64,000 nucleotides of DNA from Zootoca vivipara (taxonomy: Eukaryota). Under the pieces are notes generated by a model. It was given only the letters and a program-made list of their open reading frames with translations. It was not told the origin of the DNA and did not search any database. Shown here in pieces: positions 27,905 through 42,295 of this stretch (its first letter is position 1; each line of letters starts with the position of its first letter). The DNA lies in contig NC_083280.1 of the NCBI RefSeq assembly GCF_963506605.1, positions 8,060,001-8,124,000 on the forward strand, written 5' to 3'. Made by a program: the position numbers and the translations under genes.

Positions 27905-28632
27905 GAGATGATTGCAAATCACCAGTGGAGAAAGGTAGGATGAACATAATTAATCAAGTCTTAAGCACCTTTCCACCTGCTTTGGTAAAAATAAATCCAA
28001 AAATTTATACAGCAGCCTGTGGGCCGGACTCTACATCTGGCTTTGATGAACTTCTTCTCGAACCAAGATTTGGAAAAGAAAAACAAAGCTTTAGCAGGCC
28101 ACATTCTGATGGCAGCCAGAATGACTTTGTCCAAGCGCTGGAGGAATGGTATAACGAAGTGTGGTATTTAGCATCAGCAAAGAAATTAACACAAAAGCGT
28201 GGAATGCTGAAAGATCTCTCAAAATCAGACAAGTTTAATTCGCATTATGATTTTAAGTTTTTATTCTTCGTCATGCTATGCAAGGATCTGGAATGTGTAA
28301 CGATCCCAGTGGTCCCAATTCCTTTGCTTTTATAACATATGATTTCATCTTGAACTTTCCTTTTGGAAGATTTATGTAGTACCATCTACACCTGTTTCCA
28401 AAACGGGTTTTCTCCTCCATGCTCATTTGTAGAGGGATCTGTTTATTTCCTCTGCTGTTGGTTATCTTTTCCTGCCTTTATCATATCTGCATGGGACACC
28501 CAAAACTAAAATCCATAAAGATTGTTAACAGTTTTTCTTGAAAAGAATCTCTCCACTCCCATTGAATATACACTTTCTATAGGGCCATATAATACATTCT
28601 CCCAAAATCTTTTCCTGGATGTGTAAAAGGCA
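27905..28632 (-). mobile_element. L1/Tx1-type ORF2 fragment; other L1 pieces at about 18990-19280, 19855-20290, 35006-35120
   Basis: Degenerate AT-rich ORF2-like coding sequence on the minus strand. Confidence 0.55.
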
Positions 28633-28681
<49 letters not shown>

Positions 28682-31600
28682 TGCCTCTTTTTATGGAGAG
28701 TTTTCTAATTTGCCTGTTTGATAAAGGCAGCAGGCCACACTCCTGAGCCATTCATTAAAAGTTCTCTTCCCCTATCTCCCGCTCTCTGGGTCTTGATTTG
28801 GCACCCCTGGGAGATCAAAGTGGGGCAGCTGTTCCCCTTTTCCTGTGTGCCTTTTGCAGCTGCCGGTGGGGGTTCCCCTCTCTCCGTAACCAGGAAGGGG
28901 GCTTGTTTGGCCATGGGATTAATGGATGCATTAGAAAGGGATGGTTTAATGACACTGGCTATGCCCAGGGAATTGTGTTTGCCAGCCAATTGGGTTCCCA
29001 GCCTCACCTCCCTGGGAGGGAGCCCTGCCACACAAGCAGCCCAGGAGACGGAGGCAAATATTTGGGCCTGGGTGGGTTTCGCAGAAGTGTGAGAAGGAAT
29101 TCCGTTCTTGCTCTCCACTCCTTTAAAACACATTCACACACTCGATTAACCAGATGCTCCAACTGCCCTTGTTTAAATAGGATGGTTCGGTTCCTATTCT
29201 TTAGCTTCCTGGTAGATCTCCATTTTAACCCCCTTCTGGGTGATACTGGCTAAAAAGTGTTATTAGCATGAGTCGCAAGAGGTGGCATTCTTCAGGGGTT
29301 AGCTCCTTCCCCCAGGCTCTCTTGAAGCTAACAGTGCAATATTGTGCATGCCGTCACTCAGGAACAGATCCCATTGAACTCAATGGAGCTTAGCTCCCCA
29401 GTACATAGGACTTGCAGTGCAATGCAGCCTGTCTCTAGTGCAACAGGCTCCATAAATGCACACATGTGAACATTTACTAATGTTATAAGGGTATATCTCA
29501 TGTTAGCCGCCCTTGGCAGGGGAGGGCGGGATATAAATGTTTGTTATTATTATTACACAGCCACACAGCAAAACAACCCTCTATCATCTCACAGGCTGCT
29601 GAGTTTTGTAAACCATTGAGAGCAAAGGACTGTAGGGCTGGGTTGCATGCACACACCTTAAGTTTAAAGCACATTCAATGCACATTGAAAGCGCACGGCT
29701 GCCCCAAAGAATCCTGGGAACAATAATGTGCCCCACAGATCCATAATTCCCAGCATTCTTGGCAAACTAGTGTTCCCAGGAGTCTTTGTTGGGTCCTTTC
29801 AATGAGCATTGATTGTGCCTTAAATATATGGTATGGATGCTATCTCCCCCCCCCCCCAAGTGCATCCTTTAGCTTAAAGAAGGTGTGGGACCTGCAACAA
29901 AGTTTTGCAGTGTAGAGCACTCTTCTTCAGCGGGCAAGCCAGCCCTGCCCTCTTACCAGATACTCTATTTCGTTCCCCCTTTCGCCCTTTTGTGCAGAAG
30001 GCGCTCTTTTGGCCACCTGTGACAGGCGCTCAGGGAAGGAGACTCCCAAATGCCCCGGCCAATCAGAGGACGGAATGCTGAGAGAGATGAGCCCAACAGC
30101 CCGACCTGGGGAAAGGCGCCCTCATAGGTTCCTTCCTACCTCTGCAATCTGCTAGTTTGTGGAAAGCTGCATTCCTTTCCTCCTCTCCAACAATAACAAA
30201 GCACTGTGATATTATCCAGATTTTCTGCTCAAAGATAATTAAACAATATGCATTTCCTGCTTACTGAGATCATAATAAGCAGTCGGTTTCCCCAGAGCTG
30301 TTGCTAGGCAGGGTGGGGTGGAGGGGCTTGCAGAGGGGCAGAGCCTGCAACATACCTAACCTCTGAGCTGTTCAGAGACCCTCCAATCCTACCTCTCTCT
30401 CTCTCTTTTCCAGATGCAACCTAGCAAATATCATCCCCTGGCTTTCTGCTCGTCTCTGTCACTCACCTGCCTCTCACACCTTTGCCAGCGTGACATGTGG
30501 AATTCGGCATACTTGAGCTTGCAACCCTATGCACACTTACACGGGAGTAAGTCCTGGTGCATTCAGTTGAATTATTATTCAACAGACACAATTTTTGAAA
30601 CAATACAATGCAGTAAAGAACGAACAGGAAAGCAGTTTTCCAAAAGCTTATAGGGGCAACCTGTTTGTAGTGCATTCACTCTGATTTGCTTGCATAACCC
30701 TATGCAGAGGTTAAACGATGTTCAGTCTTCATTGCACATTTGTTCTGATTTGTTTCTAGGTGGGTTATATGGCAATGAGCACCCTTCCTGATTTTCTTCC
30801 AGGGTCTTTCCATTAAACATTCATTCATCTCACACTTTCCATTGCATCTCCCCATCACTTTCCTAACTGCAAAAAGCTCCAATTGTTTTTAAGGAGGATT
30901 TGCTGTGCTAGGGTAACGGAGTGCTTTGGTCCACTTCAATGACACAAGCCTAAATTCCCTGGCATGTCCTTGAACACTAACCACAAAAGAAATGACAGTC
31001 TGGAGGTCCACTGAGATGCATTTGGGAAGGACATGCCATCCCCCACCAGGTGAACACTGGAATGACATGCTATCCAGTCCTGTAGACATTTAGTCAGAAA
31101 CAAGCTCCTTTGCATCTGAAGAAGTGTGCACGCACACAAAAGCTTATACCCAGAACAAACTTAGTTGGTCTCAAAGGTGCTACCGGACAATTTTTTTTAT
31201 TCATTTATTTATTTCGACTACGTCAGACCATCACGGCTACCTACCTGAACCAAGCTCCACTATGTTCAATGGCACTTCCTCCCTAGTGACTCTGCTATCA
31301 TTACAGCCTGCTGTCACCTGCCGGGCTTTAGGCTTTAACAATGTCCTTGTTAAATACTGTATTCCCAAGCTAGAAAGAGCCTGTTTCAGACCTTATGGGA
31401 AAGCACAGGCTTCTGTGTGGATTCACCTAATGACTGCTAATGTGCCATTTTGCAAATGCAAAATCTGAGTGTGTGTTTTTAGGCTGGAGGAGGCAAGACT
31501 GATTTTTTTAAAAAGAAAAAAGATCTGCAACAAAATTTTGCAGTGGATCCTCACTTTGCAACAGGAAAGCTCCTGCTCACAGCCATACTCTCCTGCAAGG

Positions 31601-34278
31601 TGGCTTGTTCCATCTCCCTGCTTTCTGTTTTCCTTTTCCAACAAACACACACCATTCTGTGACCAATGAGCATGTGTGCTACTACTCATTGGGCTGTTTA
31701 GGAGTGGCTGTTTTTTAATTTATCAAAGATGTTTGCAAACGTTGCCATGCTAGTAAGCTCCTCTTGCTTTTTTGTTGACCTGTATTGTTGACACTCACTG
31801 TCTCGGTTTGCTATTAGAAGGAAGCGATGGCAAGCTGGGAAAGCTCATATCCTGAGCCTGTAAGGTGACAGGGATGGGCGGGAAAAGAAGTCCATCCATT
31901 TTCCTGACACAGGTTCCCTATCCCTGAGAAAACGGGTGTGTGTGCCCATACCTTCTTGCAGCACTACAGGTGAGCAAGCATCTTTGTTCACCTTTTCATG
32001 AAAGGCGGAGGACATCTTGCAGATCTACTGGAACAAAAAACTGACCTATGTTTGTGTGTATACATGCAACATACAATGAATTAATGTCTGTTTGCTAAGT
32101 GGAATACATCAGCATTACTTAGAAGCATGCAATACAATGCCAGCGTAATGTATTTACCTCGGTCAAACCACAGCTGGAATACTGTGTCCAATTCTGGGCA
32201 CCACAATTTGTTGACAAGATGGACACCACAAATTCTGGGCACCACAATTTGTTGACAAGATGGAACGTGTGCAGAGGAGGGCAACCAAGGTGATCAAGGG
32301 TCTGGAACCCAAGCCTTATGAGGAACGGTTGCATCCATGACAGATGGCCATCCAGTCTCTGCTTAAAAACCTCCAAGGAAGGAGACTCCATCACCTTCTC
32401 AGGGACTCCATTCCACTGTCGAACAGCTCTTAGCACCAGGAAGTTCTTCTTGATGTTGAATCGGAATCTCCTTTCTTGTAACTTAGAATCATAGAATCAT
32501 AGAATCATAGAGTTGGAAGAGACCACAAGGGCCATCCAGTCCAACCCCCTGCCAAGCAGGAAACACCATCAAAGCATTCCTGACAGATGGCTGTCAAGCC
32601 TCTGCTTAAAGACCTCCAAAGAAGGAGACTCCACCACACTCCTTGGCAGCAAATTCCACTGCCGAACAGCTCTTACTGTCAGGAACTTCTTCCTAATGTT
32701 TAGGTGGAATTTTCTTTCTTGTAGTTTGAATCCGTTGCTCCGTGTCCGCTTCTCTGGAGCAGCAGAAAACAACCTTTCTCCCTCCTCTATATGACATCCT
32801 TTTATATATTTGAACATGGTTATCTAAAAACCATTGATTCATGTCCTACCCTCTGGAGCAGGAGAAAACAAGCTTGTTCCCTTGAGAATTTGAAGACGGC
32901 TATCATATCTCCTCTCAGTCTCCTCTTTTCCAGGCTAAACATACCCAATTCCTTCAACTGTTCCTCATAAGGCTTGGTTTCCAGACCCTTGACCATCTTA
33001 ATGAATGCCTCTTAAAACTTTTATTTTGCTGGCCTATTATAATACGGAGTTGACACTTGTAACCAAACATTGCCAAGACTCACATCTTAGCTTGTAACAC
33101 TTGGGATCCACTCTGGCTCATGGGAGACCCTGTGCTGCTTGGCCACAAGGTCCTTGCTTGGATTGTCTCAAGTCATGGTTATGAAAACATTGCCTTGCAC
33201 AAAACCAATGGCTGCCAAAGACCCCAGGTAGAAATTTAGCATGACAGTAAGTCAATAGATCAGCATACGAAGGGAATTTGGTTTTGTGGGTCACCATATG
33301 AAAAAGCTAGGAACTGCTGAGAAAGCATATGCAGGAACAAAGGAAGCTGAATTATATAATTGTCTATCCAGCTCAGTACTGTCTACACTGACAGGCAGCC
33401 ACTCTTCAGGGTTTCAGGCACCTACCAGTACCACTAGCTACAACACAATAGAATCAGACACACAGCATTGGAGAAAACCAAGAGACAATTGCATCTCTTC
33501 TGGGAAGCCACTGGATGATGTTTATGGACCCTCAATCTCTCAATGTCCCCCCCCCTCCCTGTGGCCTCTCTGCAAGCCCATCTGTTTGCTTGGCGGAAAG
33601 ATTAGTCTCCCAGGCTCTCTCTTTTGTTTGCCCCAGTTTGTCCAGCTGTAATTGTGGGCTTTTATAGGGGCTTCAAAAGGCCTCCCCTCCCCAACCCTCT
33701 CCTCCGCACAACCCCCCTGTAGCCCGCTAACAGGATGGCTTTAATGCCAGGATGAGAACCCAGCGGCATCCTTGCAGGGAAGGAGGAAACTTCTGGGGTA
33801 ATTCTGAGCCGGGCCTGAGTGTGGATCCAGGGCCCGAGGACAGCTTTGCACATTGTTAAACACACACACACAATTTTAAAAAATCCTTCCAGTAGCACAT
33901 TAAAAAAGGTAAAAGTATCCCTGACCGCTAGGTCCAGTCGCGGACGACTCTGGGGTTGCACGCTCATCTCGCTCTACATATAGGCCAAGGGAGCCCCGGC
34001 GTTTGTCCACAGACAGCTTCCAGGTCATGTGGCCAGCATGACAAAGCTGCTTCTGGCGAAACCAGAGCCTTCCCGGCGGAGCGGTACCTATTTATCTACT
34101 TGCTCTGGCGTGCTTTCGAACTGCTAGGTTGGCAGGAGCTGGGACAGAGCAATGGGAGCTCACTCCGTCACAGGGATTCCGATCGGCAAGCCCTTAGAGA
34201 CCAACTAAGTTTGTTATTGGTATGAGCTTTCGTGTGCATACACACTTCTTCAGATACACAGACACAGACACAGACACA

Positions 34279-34326
<48 letters not shown>

Positions 34327-34381
34327 TGAAACACAAGTAATCTTTTCCAGCAGAACTGCACATTGAGGAAGTCTTTGGGAC

Positions 34382-34512
34382 GAGTAGAGCATGAGATTCT
34401 TAATCTCAAGGTTGTAGGTTTGAGCCCCACGTCGGGCAAAAATATTCCTACATTGATGGGGGTTGGACTGGATGACCCTCGTGGTCCCTTCCGACTCTAC
34501 AATTCTGTGATC
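34382..34512 (+). mobile_element. tRNA-head/CR1-tail SINE; copies at about 21422-21555 (-), 41359-41482, 41813-41941
   Basis: tRNA-Lys-like head fused to ggggttggact(a/g)gatgacc...attctatga tail. Confidence 0.75.
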
Positions 34513-36323
34513 TATATATCTCTATACCAATTCAGGTGCTGATATTTCTGATCTCACAAATGTTTACTTAGATTTGCTTCCCTCAGCGGTTTTGCTGGCT
34601 GGAGCTAGTAGCACTGGATGCCCCAAACATCCAGAGGGGAGATTTTGGGGTGATTTTGATGTGAGCTCCATCAATTTCCCTGAGGATGACAATCAAGTGA
34701 GTGGATGCACACAGGAAAACAGGCTGGAGGCGGGTTTTTTTGGGTGGTTAGGGGGTAAGCTTTGTGCTGAAGGTCGCAGTTCTCCAACAGAAAATTGTTA
34801 GGAGGTCCTGATCCGGGTAGGGCATCCATTCTGAATGGGAGCCCCATGGCAACTGGTCCATCCAGGAGCTGTGCTGCTTTATTAGGGTGGGTGCTATAAT
34901 CTCGAAGCTACGAACATGAGTTTGACCAAACTGTGGGAGGCAGTGGAAGACAGGAGTGCCTGGCGTGCTCTGGTCCATGGGTCATGAAGTTGGACATGAC
35001 TAAGCAAGAATGTTTTCATCTGCTTACAGTGGTCTCCTAAATAAATTATAAACTTTTCCCATTCATTCTTGAATTTCTTGTCTACTTGGTCTCTGAGTTT
35101 CCTGGTCAATTTTGCCCAGTGCTTTTTTTCTGGGGTACGCATACCCCAAACATTTTGTGAATCTTTGTACTTTTGTCCATTTACTGTACAGTATTTATTT
35201 CCCCCGAAAAAAGCGCCAGTTTTGCCATTTCAGCATAGTCTAACAGCTTAATTTGCCATTCCTCTCTAGTAGGGGCTCTTTCTTATTTCCATCTCTGGGC
35301 TAGTAGCTTACAAAATAACTTTTGTAAAACAAAGAAAAAGAAAAGCAGAAGCCTTTTTATTAGGTATCGACATTCCAAAGGAACTGAAAAAAACTTTTTA
35401 TGTATGTGACAGCAGCAGCACAGATGTTACTAGCCCAGCAAAAGGATTATTGATAGGCAAGACTGCCTGCCAAACAGACAGGGTGGTTGGAAGCGGAAGG
35501 GTTGATCCTCAACCATCCCCTCCAGGCATAGGCAACCTTTGGCTCCCAGATGTTTTGGAACTACGACTCCCATGATCCCTAGCTAACAGGGCCAGTGGTC
35601 AGGGATCATGGGAGTTGTAGTTCCAAAACATCTGGGAGCCAAAGGTTGCCTATGCCTGCGGCCTATCCCTTTACCCTGCTTACCATGGAAGTTGCCATTA
35701 GCCCCTAGAGAAAGTGCTATGTCCCAAGCACAGAGAAATGTGCAGGCTGCAGGTGTTGGGGGGAGGGAGGGAGAGGAGGAAGGTAGGGCCTGTGATGAAG
35801 GGGGAGGAGAGGGGACCACTGACCCCAGCCAGGCGAATCCTCTCTTCAGCGCCTAGCACATGCTTTTCACTAAACAAATGTTAGGTAGTTGGCGCAAATC
35901 TTTTCAATGTGTATTCGCTTTGTCCCTTTTCATGGAGAGAGAGTTGGACACCTGCCCCGGCCTGATTTTGGCAGCTCCAATTAAATTGAACATCTAGCAA
36001 ATCACAGCTCAGATCATTAACACATGTCTTTGTCTCGCTCTCCAGGAACAAAGAGCTCAGATTAGTACCCAATAGAGTTGCCAACTTTTTTTTGATTGAC
36101 CCCTGTAGCTGTGCCTTAATAGCGGTGTGGAAGTGCCAACATTAGCAGGTGATAAGGACTTTCACCAGGAGGGGAAATGGTGCTTGTTTGTTTTTTAGTT
36201 TTTTGAGGTTGAGGTGTCAACAACTGGAAATCTTGGGGGGAATGGAAATACATTCAACTATCTAACCCAAACTTTTTGTTTTTGTTTTTGTTTTTGTTTT
36301 AAACAACGTAAAATGCACCATTT

Positions 36324-37125
36324 ATGTTGTTGTTGTTTAGTCGTTTAGTCCTGTCCGACTCTTCATGACCCCATGGACCAGAGCACGCCAGGCACTCCTG
36401 TCTTCCACTGCCTCCCGCTTTGGTCAAACTCATGATTGTAGCTTCGAGAACACTGTCCAACCATCTCGTCCTCTGTTGTCCCCTTCTCCTTGTGCCCTCA
36501 ATCTTTCCCATCATCAGGGTCTTTTTCAGGGAGTCTTCTCTTCTCATGAGGTGGCCAAAGTATTGGAGCCTCAGCTTCAGGATCTGTCCTTCCAGTGAGC
36601 ACTCAGGGCTGATTTCCTTCAAAATGGATAGGTTTGATCTTCTTGCAGTCCATGGGACTCTCAAGAGTCTCCTCCAGCACCATAATTCAAAAGCATCATT
36701 TCTTTGGCGATCAGCCTTCTTTATGGTCCAGCTCTCACTTCCATACATCACTACTGGGAAAACCATAGCTTTAACTATATGGACCTTTGTCGGCAAGGTG
36801 ATGTCTCTGCTTTTTAAGATGCTGTCTAGGTTTGTCATTGCTTTTTTCCCAAGAAGCAGGCGTCTTTTAATTTCGTGACTGCTGTCACCATCTGCAGTGA
36901 TCAAGGAGCCCAAGAAAGTAAAATCTCTCACTGCCTCCATTTCTTCCCCTTCTATTTGCCAGGAGGTGATGGGACCAGTGGCCATGATTTTGGTTTTTTT
37001 TTATGTTGAGCTTCAGACCATATTTTGCGCTCTCCTCTTTCACCCTCGTTAAAAGGTTCTTTAATTTCTCCTCACTTTCTGCCATCAAGGTTGTGTCATC
37101 TGCATATCTGAGGTTGTTGATATTT
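36324..37125 (-). mobile_element. Bov-B LINE 3' portion; short 3' ends at about 34899-35005 and 40660-40785
   Basis: NNLRYADDTTLMAESEE...KRRLLLG..AMTNLDSILKSRDITLPTKV RT motif, a frameshift, and (CAA)n tail. Confidence 0.92.
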
Positions 37126-39829
37126 ATAACTGAGCACCATTTATAACTGAGCATATAAAATTGCATGATTTGGCAAGCTGGCAAAACGACTCTAGAGCGA
37201 TCCGATTCATGTCTTCTCAGAAGTAAGACCCACTTTGTTGTAGTAGAGCTTTCTCCTAGGTAAGCGCACAAAGGATTGCAGACCCCAAAGGACAGGTGCC
37301 TTAGTTTTGTGCAAGGAAAAGTGCAAATATACCCAATAGGAAAACGAGAGGGAGCGAGCCAACTGCACCATATGATACCTAGGCACCTCCATTTTCCTCC
37401 ACATCAGAGAATCATAGAATTGTAGAGTTCGAAGGGACCCCGAGGGTCTTCCAGTCCAACCCCCAGCAATGCATCCAACCTCTTCTTTGATTTTATGATC
37501 CTACGTTACGATTTTCCTGAGAGTCATTCCCACAGTAGGTAAACACACATCAGACTGCCCTATAACTCACCCTGACACCCCATTACCGAAAGCAACGAAC
37601 GGCCCTTTTCCTATATCATTTAGGGTCCGGTCTCTTCCACGGTTTTGGAGATTATTTATTGCTGCCATCTGGTGGTGATTTTCCAGAACTGCTGTGCGGA
37701 GAAACCTCTCTTGCCGCCAGCAAGCCGCAATGGAAGATCACACTTGGGGGGGGGGGGGAAGAGAAGAAGAAGGGGAAAGGTTATGGTGGCAGACCCAGAG
37801 AGAGCTTTCTTTGGCCTGCCCGGTTATGGTGGCAGACCCAGAGAGAGCCATAGCGCTACGAATTCTGTGGAATCCAAACTGTCATATAAGAAAATGCAAT
37901 ATATAAGAAATAAAAGAAGGAAAAAGGAAAAAAGATTGAAAATTGTACAGCACCGAGCGCAGAGCACCGCTGTTGCTACAACAGGCAAAGAAATAATTAG
38001 GCAGCCCACCAATATCTTCAGCAGTTTTCAAGTGGTTCATGGGGAGGAAAATCTATGGGAACCGCTGCACGAATTCCTGAAAATTTACACCCAAATGCAG
38101 GGCCGGACCAAGACATTTCGGCATCTGATGTGGACCCCAAAATGATGTCCCCCTTTCTGCCAGGGAAGAAGGGATGGGGGAGGATGTACATCAGGAACAA
38201 GAGGGGGAGCGGGGAAAAATGACATCCACATCTGCTGCCCCTTGGATTTTGCCGCCTAAGGCAGTAGCCTCACCTTGCCTCTTGGTTGGGCCAGCGCCAC
38301 CCCAATACATCTGTTGTCTTTTAAGCTGCCACAAGGCTCTTTTTAGCAACAGACTTAACGCTGTTGAATCTCCGTCAGGAGGCTGTTTTCAAGCCTAATT
38401 GCTTCATGGGTGGAGAAGCGAGGCAGGCAGGTGAGGGCCAGATGAGGAGTTCCTGTGGGCTGCATCCGGCCTCCAGGCTGACAGTTGCCCTCCCCTGTTT
38501 TCCAGCAACATCCTTCTAGCATTCTCCTGCCAGGCAGTCCTTTCCTAGCCGACACCTTTTTCAAGGGACCCCAGGGTGGAAGGGGTGCATTTCAGAGAAA
38601 TCCGGAGGCAAGCTCTTATGTCCAGACTCTTTTTCCAGGTGACAGCAGTTTCAACCAAGGTATAGCGAATTGTGTCTAAGGCCCCTTCAGACCCATCTCA
38701 GTATCCCTATTTTCCAGGGACACCCCTGTTGTAGGAGAAGCTGCCCCAGTTTCTGATTTGATCCCGGAATGTCCCAATTTTCCTTAGGATGTCCCACTTT
38801 TCATTGGAGAAATGTTGGAGAGTTTTAGAGTTATCTGTCCCCCAAGCCATCTGAAGGCAATCCTTTATAGGGATGTTTAATGTTTTATTATGTTTTTATT
38901 AGTATGTATTATTATGTATTAAAGTCGTACCTTGGCAGTTGAACGCCCTGTGACCCAAATGTTTTGGCTCCCGAACGCCGCAAACCCAGAAGTGAGTGTT
39001 CCGGTTTGCAAACGTTCTTGGGAACCTGAATGTCTGACCTGGGTTCCGCGGCTTTTGATTGGCTGCTGGAGCTTTCTGCAGCCAATAGGAAGCTGTACCT
39101 TGGTTTCCAAACGTTTTGGAAGTCGAACGGACTTCCGGAATGGATTCTGTTCAACTTCCAAGGCACAACTGTATTATGTTTAACAGTCATACCTCGGTTA
39201 ACAGATGCTTCGGATTGTGCATTTTTTGGTTGCGCACCGCGCCGAACCCAGAAGTGCCGGAATGGGTTACTTCCAGGTTTCGATGCTCACGCAAGCGCAA
39301 AAGCACTAAATCACACTTTGCGCATGCGCAGAAGGGCCGAATCGCAATCTGCGCGTGCACAGACGCGGTGCTGCGGGTTGAGAATGCTGCGGGTTGCGAA
39401 TGTGCCTCCTGCATGGATCACGTTCGCAACCCAAGCGTCCACTGTATTTATTATGTTTGATATTATGTTTTCATATATGTCAGCCCTGGAGTGGCCGAGG
39501 CAACCCAGTAAGATGTGTGGGGTATAAATAGTAAAATTATTGTTATGTAATGGGACGTCCCTATTTTCATTGGAGAAATGTGTGTGTGTGGGGGGGGGTA
39601 ATGTCCCCTATGTCCTGCATTTTTAAAGCAACACCATGCTGCTTCAATCCTGGGAACTGTAGTTTTTCCGGGGCGCAGGACCCACAGTTTGTTACAACTG
39701 AGGGAATTGCACCCTGTGGGGGGGGGAACTACAGTTCCTGGAATTCAGGGGGGAGGTTGCCATGTGCTTCAGTTGTGCTTTAAATGTTTGGGGTGGGTGT
39801 GGCCTTGTACGGTGCCTTCCTTCCCGCAA

Positions 39830-40099
39830 GCACCCCACTGCAAGATGTGACTCCCGTCACGTCCCTACCCGGACAGGAGTCCGTCTGCCGTGCTGCGTGT
39901 GCCACGAGGAGGTGGTTGACCTCCCTTATCTCTCACCGCCCACTCCTGAGCGGGTGCCGGATGCAGCTAGGGCAGCTCCACAGCCCTCTCCCGGTCCCCA
40001 GGCAAAAAAATGGGAGAGACGGGGGGGTCAGGTCCCTTCCGGCTCTCAAGGTGGCCGATCTCACAGACCTGGGGCACACGAGAGCCGAGACGTCCCAAG
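39830..40099 (+). other. Candidate non-coding first exon of THPO
   Basis: Locally CpG-rich unique sequence ending in a strong donor CAAG|GTAAGC about 2 kb upstream of the ATG exon; 5' boundary is a guess. Confidence 0.4.
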
Positions 40100-42295
40100 G
40101 TAAGCATGGAGGTAGCTCTCTAGCAGGGTGGCTCCTGAGAGGCAGCAGGAGGAGAGAGGGGTTTGTTTGCTTGGCTTGTCAAACAGGCACTTGCTATGGA
40201 ACAGGGCAGGCCTCTGACGGGAAGCACAGTTTGCGCTGCGGACTGTGTGCCACAGGCAGGCCGAGCTAGAGGACAAGAAATTCCGCAGGGAAATCCGAAT
40301 ACGCAGGCCATGCCAGAGGCCGGATGGAAAGCCTCTAGGGGTGGTAGCTCAGTGGCAGAGCATCTGCTTGGCATGCAGAAGGTTGCAGGTGCCTGGCATC
40401 TACAGATAGGGCTGAGAATGTCCCCTGCCTGGGGTGACCAACTGCAAATATTGCATTGCACTGCACTGCACTGCACTTATATCCCACCTTTTCCCCCAAG
40501 GAGCACAAGGTAGTGCACATGGTCCTCCCCCTCCTCATTTAAGGACAGAGGAATGAAATAACTCCTTCACCCAGCACAGTTAACATAAGGACCTCACTTC
40601 CCCTGTGGCAGGATGGCCACCATCCTACATGGCTTCCAAAATAGGATTAGACTAATTTATCGAAGCTACCAACATGAGTCTGACCAAACTGCGGGAGGCA
40701 GTGCAAGACAGGAGTGCCTGGAGTGCTCTGGTCCATGGGGTCACAAAGAGTCGGACACGACTAAACGACTAAACAACAACAGCAACAATTTATGAAGGAG
40801 GAGGCTGTTGACGACTACAGTCGTACCTTGGTTTTTCAACTTCCGAAAATGTTGGAAAACCAAGGCACGGCTTCTGATTGGCTGCAGGAGCTTTCTGCAG
40901 TCCATCGGAAGCCACGGAAGCAGCGTCAGACGTTCGGGTTCCAAAGAACGTTTGCAAACCAGAACAATCCCTTCTGGGTTTGCGGCATTCGGGAGACAAA
41001 ACATTCGAGTCGCAAGGCGTTCAACAACCAAGGTACGATTGTACTAGCCAAGATGACTGTGCTGTGCTTTGCCTCCACTGTCGAAGGCAGCGATGCTTCT
41101 GAATACCAGTTGCTGGAGAAACCGCAGGAACAGAGAGTTGGGTTTCACACTGGCCTCTGGCTGGCCACTGTGAGAACAGGATGCTGGATCAGATAAGCCA
41201 TTGGCCGGATCCAGCAGGATCTTCTTATGTTCTTAAAAATGTGGTCAAAAGGTCTAGCGCGTCAACGCAGCCTATGGCTGTTGGGTATCCAAAGCTGTTC
41301 AGAGCTCCAGGAGAATTGTACTTCTCCCTGTGAAAGTCATCCTATCTGTGTCCATTTGATAGCTCAGTCGGGAGAGAGCATGAGATGGGAACCGTAACCT
41401 CAGGGTCGTGCGTTTGAGCCCCACATTAGGCAAAAGATTCCTGCATGGCAGAGGGTTGGACTAGATGACAGTTGGGATCCCTTCCAAATTTATGATTCTA
41501 TGATTGGTGACCCACCCTGAGACCTCATGGTGCAAGGAGATGATGCTGCTGATGATACAAGACTGGGCCGACTCAGTGTAAGGCAGCTTTCTGGGTTGCT
41601 ACGATGCTCCTTTCTCTCTCTTTTTGCTAGGTTTTTTGGAACAGATGCATCCAGACCAGAGGAAACTTGACGGACGCCAGGCTCTTCATCACGAGGCCGT
41701 GGGAGCCCAGCTCCAGGTTTCGTGGTGCTCGCTAGAACCCCCCAATTTCACCAACTGAGGCGAACAGGCGCACCAGGACTGTGCATCTGGCCCCAAACCG
41801 CGAGGAATGGCCATGGTAGAGAATGAGCCTCTTAAACTCAGAGCCGTGGGTTCGAGCCCCACACTGGGCACAAGATCCCTGCACTGCAGGGGGTTGGACT
41901 GGATGACCCTCGGGGGTTCCTTCTGACTCTACAATTCTGTGAAACTCTCGCCCCAGGGAGCGAGCTAGCCAGCCAGCCTTAGCGGCCTTGTCATTCCTTG
42001 CCTCCTCCGTCAGCCAAGGAGGAAATGTCTGGAAGTGGGAAGTCTTCCTGAAGGCTCGGGCTTGCTGCTCGGAAGCCGTTGACCAGAGGTCACCAGCAGC
42101 TGCACAACAGGAAGCCGCGCGGTGCTGGCTCAGAGGTGCCGGCAGCTACGCAGAAAGCCCGTCGGAGCCCCCTTGGCTTGCCCTCGTGGCTGTGGCATCG
42201 TTCAAGACACCGTCCATGGAAGCCAGGCAGGAGCTGGGAGGCAGCCGCTGTTCCCTGGCAGGAAGATGCTGTGACAAGGCGGATGCCAGCTGGGC

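Noticed and set aside
34382-34436. tRNA-Lys-like sequences (also near 41360, 41815, 21500)
   Set aside because: Degenerate and fused to CR1 tails, so SINE heads rather than tRNA genes.
37779-37848. 27-bp direct duplication (also a 34-bp one near 32190-32263)
   Set aside because: Ordinary local slippage or repair duplications in or next to repeats.
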